64,000 bases of DNA from assembly GCA_964342815.1 (NCBI GenBank), contig CAYFHS010000010.1:32001-96000 (forward strand). Direction: 5' to 3'. Positions 1 to 10,100 of this stretch are shown here, piece after piece; position 1 is the first letter of the stretch; every line of letters starts with the position of its first letter. Origin of the DNA: an uncultured archaeon (lineage in GTDB: Archaea; Thermoplasmatota; Penumbrarchaeia; JASLWR01). The translations under genes and the position numbers were made by a program. The notes below the pieces were generated by a model. It was given only the letters and a program-made list of their open reading frames with translations. It was not told the origin of the DNA and did not search any database.

Positions 1-508
1 CACCCTTGAAGGGACCGTTTATTATTTCTATGATGTCTCCAACCTCGATACCGGAAACGGCCGGAGGCGGCGACAGGAAATGTTCGATCTCGGACATGTA
101 AGTTATACCGGACACCACGGACCGCGCGTGTTTCAATCCCTTGAGGAGGCTTGACAGGCGGTCCCGGATAACCCTTCCCACGACCGAATCATCATTGGCT
201 ATTAGGCTGGGATCTTCCAGTTCTTCCAGTACTTGATCGTGATGCTGGGGATCGTTGAGCATGTCTTCAATTTGCTGGTAGTTCAATCCAAACTCGACCA
301 GGAGATAACCTCTAAGACGGTGTGGGGATAAAAGGGAATATATCTCGGCCTTTTTTCTCTTGGCTCGGCCCCCCAGATTATTGGCCACATCCTTTTCATG
401 TCCGATAGCAGTTTTAATGGCAACGATATACCTGGCTTTTTCCTCAAGTTCCTTCAGTTTCAGATAGTCATAGGTATCGATAATGTTGTCAACATCCCCC
501 TTGTACAT
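1..508 (-). CDS. spt5: Transcription elongation factor Spt5/NusG (3' end runs off the window; not in the ORF track)
   Basis: Manual translation from ATG at 508 (GGTGA SD upstream): ...YIVAIKTAIGHEKDVANNL...LRGYLLVE...LKGLKHARSVV...SEIEHFLSPPPAVSGIEVGDIIEIINGPFKG, i.e. an NGN domain plus the start of a KOW motif. Canonical ftsZ-secE-spt5 order. Confidence 0.92.
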   Translation of the reverse strand, partial: MYKGDVDNIIDTYDYLKLKELEEKARYIVAIKTAIGHEKDVANNLGGRAKRKKAEIYSLLSPHRLRGYLLVEFGLNYQQIEDMLNDPQHHDQVLEELEDPSLIANDDSVVGRVIRDRLSSLLKGLKHARSVVSGITYMSEIEHFLSPPPAVSGIEVGDIIEIINGPFKG

Positions 509-534
509 ATTTTCACCAGAGCCTTTCTCTCTAA

Positions 535-774
535 TTACAATCCCAGCATATCGCTGATCAGCGGGGGCAGTTTTTCCCAGATGAGAAATATCAAAAAGCC
601 CATGGCACCAATGATAACCAACCCAACCCCCGTTATCTGGAGAGTTTTAGTGTACTCTTCCCGATTAGGTTTTCTTGCCATTTTCAGCACTCTACCGTAC
701 TTTCCCTTTCCGAGATTCTTGGTGCGGCTCTCGATCCGCTTCTGAATCTGAAGAGACTTTTCTATGATATCCAT
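535..774 (-). CDS. secE: Protein translocase subunit SecE (Sec61-gamma)
   Basis: 79 aa; RVLKMARKPNREEY motif followed by a single TM helix; lies between ftsZ and spt5. Confidence 0.93.
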   Translation of the reverse strand: MDIIEKSLQIQKRIESRTKNLGKGKYGRVLKMARKPNREEYTKTLQITGVGLVIIGAMGFLIFLIWEKLPPLISDMLGL

Positions 775-817
775 TAAAATACCTTCAATTCCTCAAGATT
801 ATGGTACAGTCGGGACA

Positions 818-1972
818 TTACCTGATGAAGTCCAATCCCAATTCCTTCAACGGTCTAAGGGACTGTCCCTTGCCGCCAACATGCTTGGAAATAACCCCCG
901 TTAAGACTACCATTACCTCAATGGTCCTGTCCAGCTGCGGCTCTATACGTGCGCCCCATATTATCTGGGCCTGAGGATTGATCTTCTCACTTATGAGCTC
1001 CACGACCTTTTCGGCCTCGGATACCGTCATATCCTCTCCACCCACAACGTTCACAAGCGCTCCGCCCACGTCGGATATGTCAAGATCAAGAAGTGGAGAA
1101 CCCAACGCTTCCTCAACAGCTTCATTGACACGCTCATCGCTATCGGACTTGCCCAGTCCGATCATGGCCACTCCGCCGCCCCGAAGAATGCTGCGAAGAT
1201 CATTGAAATCCAGGTTGACCAGGCCGGTTTTTGTGATAATTTCCGTAATGGATTTGATGGACTGCATTAAAATCTCATCAGCAACCTGGAAGGCTGCATT
1301 CAGAGGCATTCGGGGAACGATCTTCAATAGCTTATCATTCTGGATCACTATGACCGTATCAACAACTTCCTTCAGTTTCTCAAATCCCCACTGCGCGTTC
1401 TGCCTCCTCACGAGGCCTTCAGCGGAGAAGGGGAACGTGACGATGGCAAGGGTCAGTTTACCCATCTCTGTAGCCAGCTTCGCAACGTATGGAGAAGTGC
1501 CAGTTCCGGTTCCGCCACCCATACCGCAGGTAATGAAAACCATTTCCGAGTCCTGGAGGATAAGCCTGATCTCATCTTCCTCCTCCGCAGCTGCATGTTC
1601 ACCTATCTGGGGTTGCGAACCCGCTCCAAGACCCCTGGTGGTACGTTTTCCGATCAGCAGTTTATGAGGGGATTTGATATGAAGTAAATGCTGGGCATCG
1701 GTATTAAGCGCATACAGTTCTGCCCCGTAAATCTTCGCATCGACGCACCTGTTGATAGTATTGCTCCCTGCGCCTCCGCATCCAACGATCTTGATAGCGG
1801 GTTTAAGCTTTTTGGCTATATCGTCCAATTCCTTGTCCGATATGCCTGCCCCGGACTGCTCGATGATGGTCTGCGGTTTTACAGGGCTTGGTGAAGGCGC
1901 CTTTTTAACCTCGCTAGTCTTTCTTGTCAATATGTCACGTGCCAAGGATCTTGTCATTTGGAATCCTCCCAT
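818..1972 (-). CDS. ftsZ: Cell division protein FtsZ (FtsZ1 type)
   Basis: Tubulin signature GMGGGTGTG, VGCGGAGSN, NTDAQHL, GLGAG, NLDFND; context next to secE. Confidence 0.97.
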   Translation of the reverse strand: MGGFQMTRSLARDILTRKTSEVKKAPSPSPVKPQTIIEQSGAGISDKELDDIAKKLKPAIKIVGCGGAGSNTINRCVDAKIYGAELYALNTDAQHLLHIKSPHKLLIGKRTTRGLGAGSQPQIGEHAAAEEEDEIRLILQDSEMVFITCGMGGGTGTGTSPYVAKLATEMGKLTLAIVTFPFSAEGLVRRQNAQWGFEKLKEVVDTVIVIQNDKLLKIVPRMPLNAAFQVADEILMQSIKSITEIITKTGLVNLDFNDLRSILRGGGVAMIGLGKSDSDERVNEAVEEALGSPLLDLDISDVGGALVNVVGGEDMTVSEAEKVVELISEKINPQAQIIWGARIEPQLDRTIEVMVVLTGVISKHVGGKGQSLRPLKELGLDFIR

Positions 1973-2398
1973 GTAAACTCAGCATAAATGCAAAATGTCA
2001 ATATAAAGTCCGATAAAACCGGTCCCCTTATTATTTGACCCATCATTCAGAAGAAGAATGATGTTGCCTTGGAACGGTGATAAGTTAGAAATGATATATT
2101 AACTTTTGTGTATAAGTTCAGCTGAATCGGTCCCTATTGGACTACAATTCCGCGTAGCTTGTCACAAGTGTAAACTTCGACTTCTCGTCGGGCATAGAGC
2201 TAATGAAAATATGAGCTTGATCGAATGGATTATTTACGTTTTCCCTGGATCATTCACGCTCTATCCACCGAAGCCGCAATGATTAATAAAAATACAAAAG
2301 GGTATTGTCCCATCCCGATAATATAGTTCCTCAACGACAATATATTATAAGCAATCAACTTATATCAGTTCCGTTTTTTAACAAGGGGGATTATTTCC

Positions 2399-3574
2399 TT
2401 GAAGGTACTGATCAATGCCATGAGCATCATGGAGAGAGGCGGTTGCGGTTTATATGCGAGAGAGCTGATACGAGGGCTTCTTGAGACCAAAACCAGCGAA
2501 CTTAGCAATCTGGCGGTACCACGGAAGGTTTATAATTCAATCGGAAACGTGAAGGACATCAGATTCAACAAAGAAATGATGGCAAGTATGGCTGTACCTG
2601 AAGAATTAATAACGTCAAAATTTCAAGGATCATTCTGGCATTATCTAACTCTCCCTTTATGGGAAAAAAAACAGGGATTCGACATATTTCACGATCCGGC
2701 TCAAATAGGTGGATTTACTTTAAGGTCCTCTTCAAAAAAGATATTGACTATTCACGACCTTTCTCCTCTTACGCATCCGGCGCTTCACCCGAAAGAGCGG
2801 GTACTGAAACATAAATATCTTCTGCCCCGAATAATATCGAACACGGACCTCATTGTTGTCCCATCCAATTCCACGAAGGTGGAGGTTGCCGAGTTACTTG
2901 ATGTGGATACTGAGCGAATAATGACGATCTACCCCGGCTGCGATCATCTCAAAAGCGAAACTAAGATCGACTTTTCTCTATGGAAAAATAATATTGGGAT
3001 AAGCTCCCCCGAACCCTTCATAATACTGACAGTATCCACTTTGGAGTCCAGAAAAAACATCGGAGTCATTGTGGATGCGTTCGATAAAATGTGCTGTGAG
3101 GATTTGGGAAAGGATGACATTTACCTGGTGATAGTTGGAGAATGGGGTTATAATGGCAAAGAATTAAAAAACCGCATACGCGTCTCTCCTTTTCGTAAAA
3201 ACATTATTATCACGGGCAGGATCGATGACGGAACCCTTGCGGCTCTTTACGGAGGATCGTCTGTTTTTGCCTGCATGTCGCTAAAGGAGGGGTTCGGTCT
3301 TCCCCCTATGGAGGCGCAATTCTTTGGGCTTCCCACTATAATTTCCTCGGATAGAGCATTAATGGAGATTTCGGGAGAAGGGGCTCTCGTTGTCAAACTT
3401 GAAGAAGGAAATGAGAGAATGGCTGAGGAATTATCTACCCATTTCATCAATATCCGTACAATACCGGACCTTAGAAAGGAAATGAGCGGGAGTGCCCAGA
3501 GGAACGCTTCGAAATACAAATGGAGCAGTTTCACGCAAAATATAATGCGTGCGTATAGATCGGTATTGGGTTGA
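2399..3574 (+). CDS. Glycosyltransferase family 4 (GT-B fold)
   Basis: TIHDL, STLESRKN and the C-terminal SLKEGFGLPPMEA nucleotide-sugar motif. Confidence 0.9.
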   Translation: MKVLINAMSIMERGGCGLYARELIRGLLETKTSELSNLAVPRKVYNSIGNVKDIRFNKEMMASMAVPEELITSKFQGSFWHYLTLPLWEKKQGFDIFHDPAQIGGFTLRSSSKKILTIHDLSPLTHPALHPKERVLKHKYLLPRIISNTDLIVVPSNSTKVEVAELLDVDTERIMTIYPGCDHLKSETKIDFSLWKNNIGISSPEPFIILTVSTLESRKNIGVIVDAFDKMCCEDLGKDDIYLVIVGEWGYNGKELKNRIRVSPFRKNIIITGRIDDGTLAALYGGSSVFACMSLKEGFGLPPMEAQFFGLPTIISSDRALMEISGEGALVVKLEEGNERMAEELSTHFINIRTIPDLRKEMSGSAQRNASKYKWSSFTQNIMRAYRSVLG

Positions 3575-3588
3575 AGTCACGTTGATCA

Positions 3589-4371
3589 TCAATACATCGC
3601 TTTTAAAAAATTGGCACATTCTTCCGCCGTGTTTGCGATCATATCGAAGTTTTCGATTATCTTTAAAAAATGCATGGTCGGTATGCTTCCCAGAGGAAAT
3701 TCCTCGCGATATATCTTGCCCCGAAGTTTTCGCTCCAAACGATCAGCCTCGTCTTCAGCATGGCTCACTTCCTGGCAAAGTTCATAGACCGATTCTTTTT
3801 CTTCCACTTCGCAGCCCTGGTTCTTATCCCTGAAGCCAGGTATGTACCGGTTCTCATCGATCTTGCTGCAGGAGCCCATATCGGCTCCCTCATACATTTT
3901 AATGAAATGCTCACAATCCGAACATTTTTTTCGCTCGCCGGTTCTTGCCATTTCGATGGATTGCTGAAACTTTTCAACGCTATCCAGAACAACTTCCATG
4001 AACTTACTGAAATCGACCCATGCACTGGTGGGTATGGAATCCTCGCGCATGATTAAAAGAAGTGCCACATCCTCTGAATAATCCGCAATAAGGCTTATTC
4101 TGGCAGATAATTCGAGAGCTGAACTCTTCGTACGAAAATCACTCTCGATGCTGGCCCAGTGAAGTTGGGCTTTTTCTTTGATGGAATCGGTCTGATCCTC
4201 GATGGAGCTTATTTCAAGCTGAATTTTTTTTACTTTTATTGTATCCCCGAGATAATATTCCTCGGTACATTTTACAAGTTTTTTTACGCTTTCCAATGCC
4301 ATTTTGGTTTGGTTCTCAAGCAGTTTTGTCTTTAATTTCATGTTTTCATCCACCTTATGACAATGATTCAT
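3589..4371 (-). CDS. DUF47/PhoU-like phosphate transport regulator with a Cys-rich insertion
   Basis: Two helical repeats with IEDQTD and AEDEAD motifs and C-terminal IIENFDMIANTAEECA, typical of DUF47. Confidence 0.7.
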   Translation of the reverse strand: MNHCHKVDENMKLKTKLLENQTKMALESVKKLVKCTEEYYLGDTIKVKKIQLEISSIEDQTDSIKEKAQLHWASIESDFRTKSSALELSARISLIADYSEDVALLLIMREDSIPTSAWVDFSKFMEVVLDSVEKFQQSIEMARTGERKKCSDCEHFIKMYEGADMGSCSKIDENRYIPGFRDKNQGCEVEEKESVYELCQEVSHAEDEADRLERKLRGKIYREEFPLGSIPTMHFLKIIENFDMIANTAEECANFLKAMY

Positions 4372-4635
4372 ATTGGGATAACAATATTATATCACGATTC
4401 GAATAAAAAGAGAGAAGGGGGATTATACGACTTGTTTGTATATTTGTATTTTGGGATTGCAAGGTGGAAAAAAGGAGATTACAATTCAACATTCGTACCA
4501 AAACTTTTTTTAACTAAATTGTAATATCGTTCCGCTCTGGCCGTATATTATCGAAAATAGTATTCAAAGCGACGTATTGCCTATGGATAGTTTTGCAGAT
4601 ACACAAGGGCGATAGTTCAATTAATACTGCCCATC

Positions 4636-5679
4636 ATGGTGATGAACATGGAAGATATCAAGGTCTACGAGATACGGAGACTGGACCTCCGCGGTGCTAC
4701 CGTCATTGATGGTTTTCCCAGCGTTGGGCTTGTATCCACAATTTGCGCTAATTATCTCATCAGCTCCCTCAATCTTAAACAGATAGGTATTATGGATTCG
4801 ATCTATTTTCCCACAGTATCCGTTGTGAGGGACTCCGAGCCGTTGAACCCTGTGAGGATATACGGTGGAGAGATAATGAATAAAGATGACGAGAAAAAGC
4901 TCATTGTGGTGTTCATCTCCGAATTCCAACCGCCGCCAAAGTTGATAAAACTCATTGCAGGCACCATTCTGGACTGGATCGTTGAACAGAACTGCGGGGT
5001 CCTTGTATCCCCGGAAGGACTCGTCATAGAAAGAGCGGGAGATACGGATGAGGCTGCTGAAGCGTCTTTCAACAAAGACGAGATATTAAGAGGCATGATA
5101 TCGAAGGGACAGGGTGAATCAGACGATGGAAGCGGGGAAAAAGCAATTGTGGAGGCCATGCTGTCCATGGACCTGTTGAACCCTGCTGAAACAGGGAAAT
5201 TAGAAAAGGTGGATGAGGGGAAAAATGATACCGCTGAAGGGGATCTGCTCAAAGAAGAAGAGGGAACAGGGGAAAACCTACAAGATGACGATGGAGGCCC
5301 GGTGCCGGGAGGAAGACCGCAGGTTGACGTTTACGGAATCGCTTCCACAAAGGAAGCAAGAGAACTTCTTAACGACAAGTGGATAATGCCCTTCTCGGAA
5401 GGAGTGATTTCGGGTGTGGCGGGTGTTCTATTGAACGAGGGGAAAAGAAGAGGCTTCAATGTTATTTCGCTTCTCGCAGAGACACGAACTGATTACCCCG
5501 ACGCCCGAGCTGCGGCGAAAGTCATCGAAGCCATAGACGAGGCGGTACTGAACATTGGAATTGACGTGGAGCCCTTGTACAAGGAAGCGGAAGATATAGA
5601 AATGAAAATAAAGATGATGAGAGCCCAGGTGGAGGGTCCGAAACGGAGAAAACACACCTCGCCCAGCATGTACGGTTAG
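4636..5679 (+). CDS. PAC2-family proteasome assembly chaperone (PbaB-like) with a long acidic insertion
   Basis: IDGFPSVGLVSTI, GVISGVAGVLL, YPDARAAA motifs; C-terminal MYG fits the HbYX proteasome-docking motif. Confidence 0.88.
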   Translation: MVMNMEDIKVYEIRRLDLRGATVIDGFPSVGLVSTICANYLISSLNLKQIGIMDSIYFPTVSVVRDSEPLNPVRIYGGEIMNKDDEKKLIVVFISEFQPPPKLIKLIAGTILDWIVEQNCGVLVSPEGLVIERAGDTDEAAEASFNKDEILRGMISKGQGESDDGSGEKAIVEAMLSMDLLNPAETGKLEKVDEGKNDTAEGDLLKEEEGTGENLQDDDGGPVPGGRPQVDVYGIASTKEARELLNDKWIMPFSEGVISGVAGVLLNEGKRRGFNVISLLAETRTDYPDARAAAKVIEAIDEAVLNIGIDVEPLYKEAEDIEMKIKMMRAQVEGPKRRKHTSPSMYG

Positions 5680-5770
5680 TAGAAATTTGCATATTTTTAT
5701 TATTGATTATTGAGCATCTTACAGCACCGCAACCCATAAACTATACCAAGGAAATGATTTCCGGATCTAG

Positions 5771-7132
5771 CTAAAAACTGTAATAGTCCGTCTCTCCATC
5801 GGTTCCGGGGGATCCGAGATCATCCGTTTGTTCAATATCATTTTCTTCATCATCTATAATTTCTAATTCGGTCAGTTCGGCAAACTCTCCCAGTTCTTCC
5901 ATCTCTTTTAATAATTCTCGCTCGTCCCTTTCCCTTTGCTCCTCTTTTTTTGCAGGTCCATCTTCCTTTTGCCCTTCCTCATCGGCAGCTTCAGATAATA
6001 TTTTCGTTTTTTCGGATTCTTCGAATTCATCTTCTCCATGGTCATCTTCATCATTTTCATCGGCATTCTCTTCTTCGATCTCATCATCCTCTTCGATTTC
6101 CATCGATTCATTTCCCAATTGGTAATCTGTATCGTCAGCTTCTCTTGAAAGACTTATTGTTTTAGGGGTTCGAGCCGGTTTGTGATCCTTTTTTCTATCG
6201 GTTTTTTTTGACACATTCATTTCATCTTTTGCGGGGGGATGAGGATTTACCGGTTTTTTCCTGAAGATGAGTATCAGTATTATTATGATCGAAAGTCCTA
6301 ATATCCCCACAAGCAGGTAAAGATTCATCTCGACCTTGTCCTCATCTTCCCCGCTGAATTTCTCTATGTCAGCGCTTAGTTCGTTCTCGGTGTCACTCAG
6401 AGATTGGTCCAGTTGTTGAAGTTGATCCAGTATCAGGTCCAATTTTGTCAGTCTTTCAAGGCTCTGGTTTATTCTATTTAGTCGTTCAATGGTCTCGTTG
6501 TAATAATTTCCAATATTGGAATTGACCTGTAATAGCTCTTGTTGGACAGAGCTGTCGTGATCGCCAATTTCTGAAATCATGCTGGATATTCCTTCATTCA
6601 ATTCCGACAGGTGCAGCGTGCTCAGAGAATTCAGCAGAGTTGACAGGTTTGATATTATTACCCGAATTGAAGCGTCATGAACGGTCACATCATCCGTAAT
6701 TGAGACGAGTTCATCTCTGATACCCGATATATTCTCCATGAGCTGTTCATCCGTCAGGTTATTCCCGGTCCCGATCAATCCCGTCAATTCAGCCAGCAAT
6801 ACCTCGATATCGGAATCATGGTCCGTGATATTGTCATCGAGATCACCGAGTAACTCGTATGATTCGTTCAGTTTATCGAGAATAATTCCCTTTGTGAGAT
6901 TATGCTGATCGACCATTGTCGAAGACAATAACACGAGGGTATCATTTATTACACCACTGCGGATGCTGAGATTGTTCTCCATGGAAAGGAGATTCCCCAT
7001 CAATCCGGTCAAATTTGTCTTCAAAGAAGTATAGAAATCAATGGTCAGGGTTTCCAGGCCGCTTATCTGAGCGGTTAATGATTGATTTACAGTGGTTAAA
7101 TTCGAATCGATCTCACTGAGAACCGTATCCAT
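5771..7132 (-). CDS. C-terminal part of the FG-GAP protein: N-glycosylated helical stalk, TM helix and acidic tail (in frame with 7133..11350 across one TAG)
   Basis: ATG at 7132 directly follows TAG (7135-7133) in the same frame; no SD and no signal peptide; many NxS/T sequons; TM LLVGILGLSIIIILILIF followed by RKK. Confidence 0.8.
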   Translation of the reverse strand: MDTVLSEIDSNLTTVNQSLTAQISGLETLTIDFYTSLKTNLTGLMGNLLSMENNLSIRSGVINDTLVLLSSTMVDQHNLTKGIILDKLNESYELLGDLDDNITDHDSDIEVLLAELTGLIGTGNNLTDEQLMENISGIRDELVSITDDVTVHDASIRVIISNLSTLLNSLSTLHLSELNEGISSMISEIGDHDSSVQQELLQVNSNIGNYYNETIERLNRINQSLERLTKLDLILDQLQQLDQSLSDTENELSADIEKFSGEDEDKVEMNLYLLVGILGLSIIIILILIFRKKPVNPHPPAKDEMNVSKKTDRKKDHKPARTPKTISLSREADDTDYQLGNESMEIEEDDEIEEENADENDEDDHGEDEFEESEKTKILSEAADEEGQKEDGPAKKEEQRERDERELLKEMEELGEFAELTELEIIDDEENDIEQTDDLGSPGTDGETDYYSF

Positions 7133-10100
7133 CTAATTGCGTAAAGCATTATGTTCCGTGCTAATGTTGCTTGATAGATTCGTAAACTTTTCGGTAAATG
7201 TGAAATTCAATCCCGACATATCATTTGTAATATTCGATACCCTGCTCCTGATCTCCTCCGCCAAGGACGAATTAATCCGCGCCAATTCTGCCATCAAGTT
7301 AGTGTCAATCCCCGTAAGGTTGTTCTCGATATTATCCATACGACGGCTAAGAGTTACATTTACGCCTGATAACTGGCTTGTGAGATTGTTCAATGAGGAG
7401 GGGATGGTTGAATTCAAATATCCCAGGTCAGCTTTTATATTAACGATACTGGTGTTCATATACGATAGGTTGGATTGTATGTTTATGATTCTATTCTGGA
7501 CGTCGTTTACGGTGTTATTGATACTTGTCAAGCTATCGGTGATGTTGCCAAATTCCGAATTCATATCATTTATGTTGCTGAAGGGATAAGGGTCGGTACC
7601 ATCGCTTATGCCGTCGTTGTCGTCGTCACCGTCCGCATTATTACCGATACCATCGAGGTCGCTATCGAGCCATTCCGAGGCGTTCAGCGGAAAATAATCC
7701 TCTCCATCCGGTACCCCGTCTCCGTCATCGTCGCTGTCAACGAGATTGCCTATCCCATCTCCGTCAAGGTCGGAGTCCGCCACCATGGCCTCAATGGGCG
7801 ATAGCAATGATTCGCCTCCCAGCGGGCATACGTTTACTACCGAATAATAATATGTTACGCCGGCAGTAATATCCAGGTCCGTGTAATTCATACCGGTTAC
7901 ATTTATCAGCCGGCTGAGTGAGCTCGGGGCAAGTCCGCGGTATATACCTGTAAAAAACGGACTTCCGTATGAGCTGGGCCAGAAAAGATTGATCCCGGGA
8001 TCAGTTGAGGTAAGATTTAATGAAAGCTCGCTTATCCGCGGTAGATAACTCCTATTTATAAGATACGTGTGTCCAGCTTCACCTCCCCCGTCGTCATCTC
8101 CATAAGCACCTATCAGTATGTCGTCATATCCATCTCCGTTAACATCTCCCGCGCCGGAAACGGAACGCCCCGAAAAATCGCTAGCGTCTTCCCCTATAAA
8201 TGAAGCACTGGCATTGCTCAGCTCGAAATTCGCGGTCCAACCCGAAGGCTTGCCGAAAACAAGGTAGCTGTGACCGGCGCTTGATCCCCCGTCATCGTCT
8301 CCATAGGCACCTATTAGTATGTCAGCATAACCGTCACCGTTGACGTCCCCCGCCCCCGAAACGGAATCGCCCGCCAGATCATTTGTATCTTCCCCGATGA
8401 ATGAAGCACTGGCATTTGTCAGATTAAAATCCATTACCCATCCGGATGTTTTGCCAAAGATCAGATACGCCTGGCCCGAACCCACTCCTCCATCGTCATT
8501 CCCTTTTGCACCGATCAAAATGTCGTCGTATCCGTCTCCATCAACGTCTCCAGCTCCCGAAACCGAGTATCCCGCAGTATCGTCAGCCGCTTCTCCGATG
8601 AATGACGCACTGGCGTTTGTAAGCTCGAAATCCATGATCCATCCTGATGAGCTCCCGAAAATAAGATAGGTTTGGCCTGCACTATTTCCCCCCTCGTCAT
8701 TTCCGCTGGCGCCGATCAATATATCATCGAATCCGTCGCCGTTCACATCCCCGGTTCCGGCAATTGCGCCACCAGAATAATCCAGACCGTTCTCTCCCAG
8801 AAAAGAAGCATCCACATTCGCAAGGGCCACATCCATTTCCCACCCTGCGGATTTCCCGAAGATCAGGTATGTCTGGCCCGCCGTCCCTCCACCTCCGCTG
8901 TTCCAGTATGAGCCGATCAGAATATCATCGTATCCATCATTGTTAACGTCTCCGGCCCCTGCCACGCGTCTTCCGGCGTTATCACCCCCGCCTTCGCCGA
9001 TGAAGGATGCATCTGCATCGGAAAGGTCCGCATCCATTTCCCACCCGGATCCTTTGCCAAGAATGAGGTATGTTTGGCCGGCCAGGGCACCGCCGTCATC
9101 ATCACCATATGCTCCGATTAAAATATCATCGTATCCATCGCCATTCACGTCTCCCGCCCCCGCAACCGAGTATCCGGAATAATCGTATGCACTTTCGCCC
9201 CACCACGAGGCGTCGGCATTTGAAATAATTGTATTACCTGACCACCCTGATGAGTTACCAAGAAAGAGATATGTCTGTCCAGCTTCGGCGCCTCCATCTT
9301 CATCTTTGTAGGCCCCGATCAAAATATCATCGTATCCATCTCCATTTACGTCACCCGCTCCCGCCACGCAATAGCCGGCCCAATCGCCAGCATCCTCTCC
9401 AATGAAGCCAGTACCGAAATCTCCAAGGTCCACATCACGCCTACTCCACATTTCTTCATCTTGCATGTCCGGATGGGCATCATATATGTTTTGTATACCA
9501 TCGCCATCGATATCCGAATCTATCGAATCACCAATCCCATCACCGTCGGTGTCATATTCGTAATAAAATGATATCGTACTTGTCATGGGTGAAAGATCAC
9601 TGTCTCCATCCATTGCGGCTAAACCATAGAAATATTTTTGGCCGAGTTCAATATCGTTGTCCTCGTAATCAACAATATTTCCTGAAACGAAAGCGAGAGT
9701 ATTGTAGTTCGTTCCATCCAAAGATCGGTAAACCTGATAACCTATTATAGGTCGATTCCAGTAGACCGGTGGTTTCCAGGATAATTCAATGGAATTTCCG
9801 TCATTTGTAAGTTTTCCGGAAAGTCCTCTGGGCTTAGGTGGTCTGCTTCCCGGGAAAATGAGATATGTTTGGCCTGCCTGGGAGCCACCTTCTTCATCCC
9901 GGTCGGCACCGATCAGAATATCGTCGTATCCGTCTCCGTTGACGTCCCCCGCTCCTGCAACAGAATAACCGGAACGGTCATCACTATCCTCGCCGAGGAA
10001 TGATGCTGAAGCGTTCGCGAGTTCGACATCCATTGACCAGCCCGACTCTTTGCCGTATACCAGATATGTCTGACCGGCATCACTACCTGCCTCCTCATCC

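Noticed and set aside
2106-2282. 58-codon TTG ORF with CxxC in the ftsZ-GT4 intergenic region
   Set aside because: No SD, no recognisable family, and it lies in a divergent promoter region.
146-5319. Inteins or introns explaining the insertions in Spt5, DUF47 and PAC2
   Set aside because: No intein C/S...HN termini or LAGLIDADG motifs; the inserts are short and in frame, and no bulge-helix-bulge was noticed.
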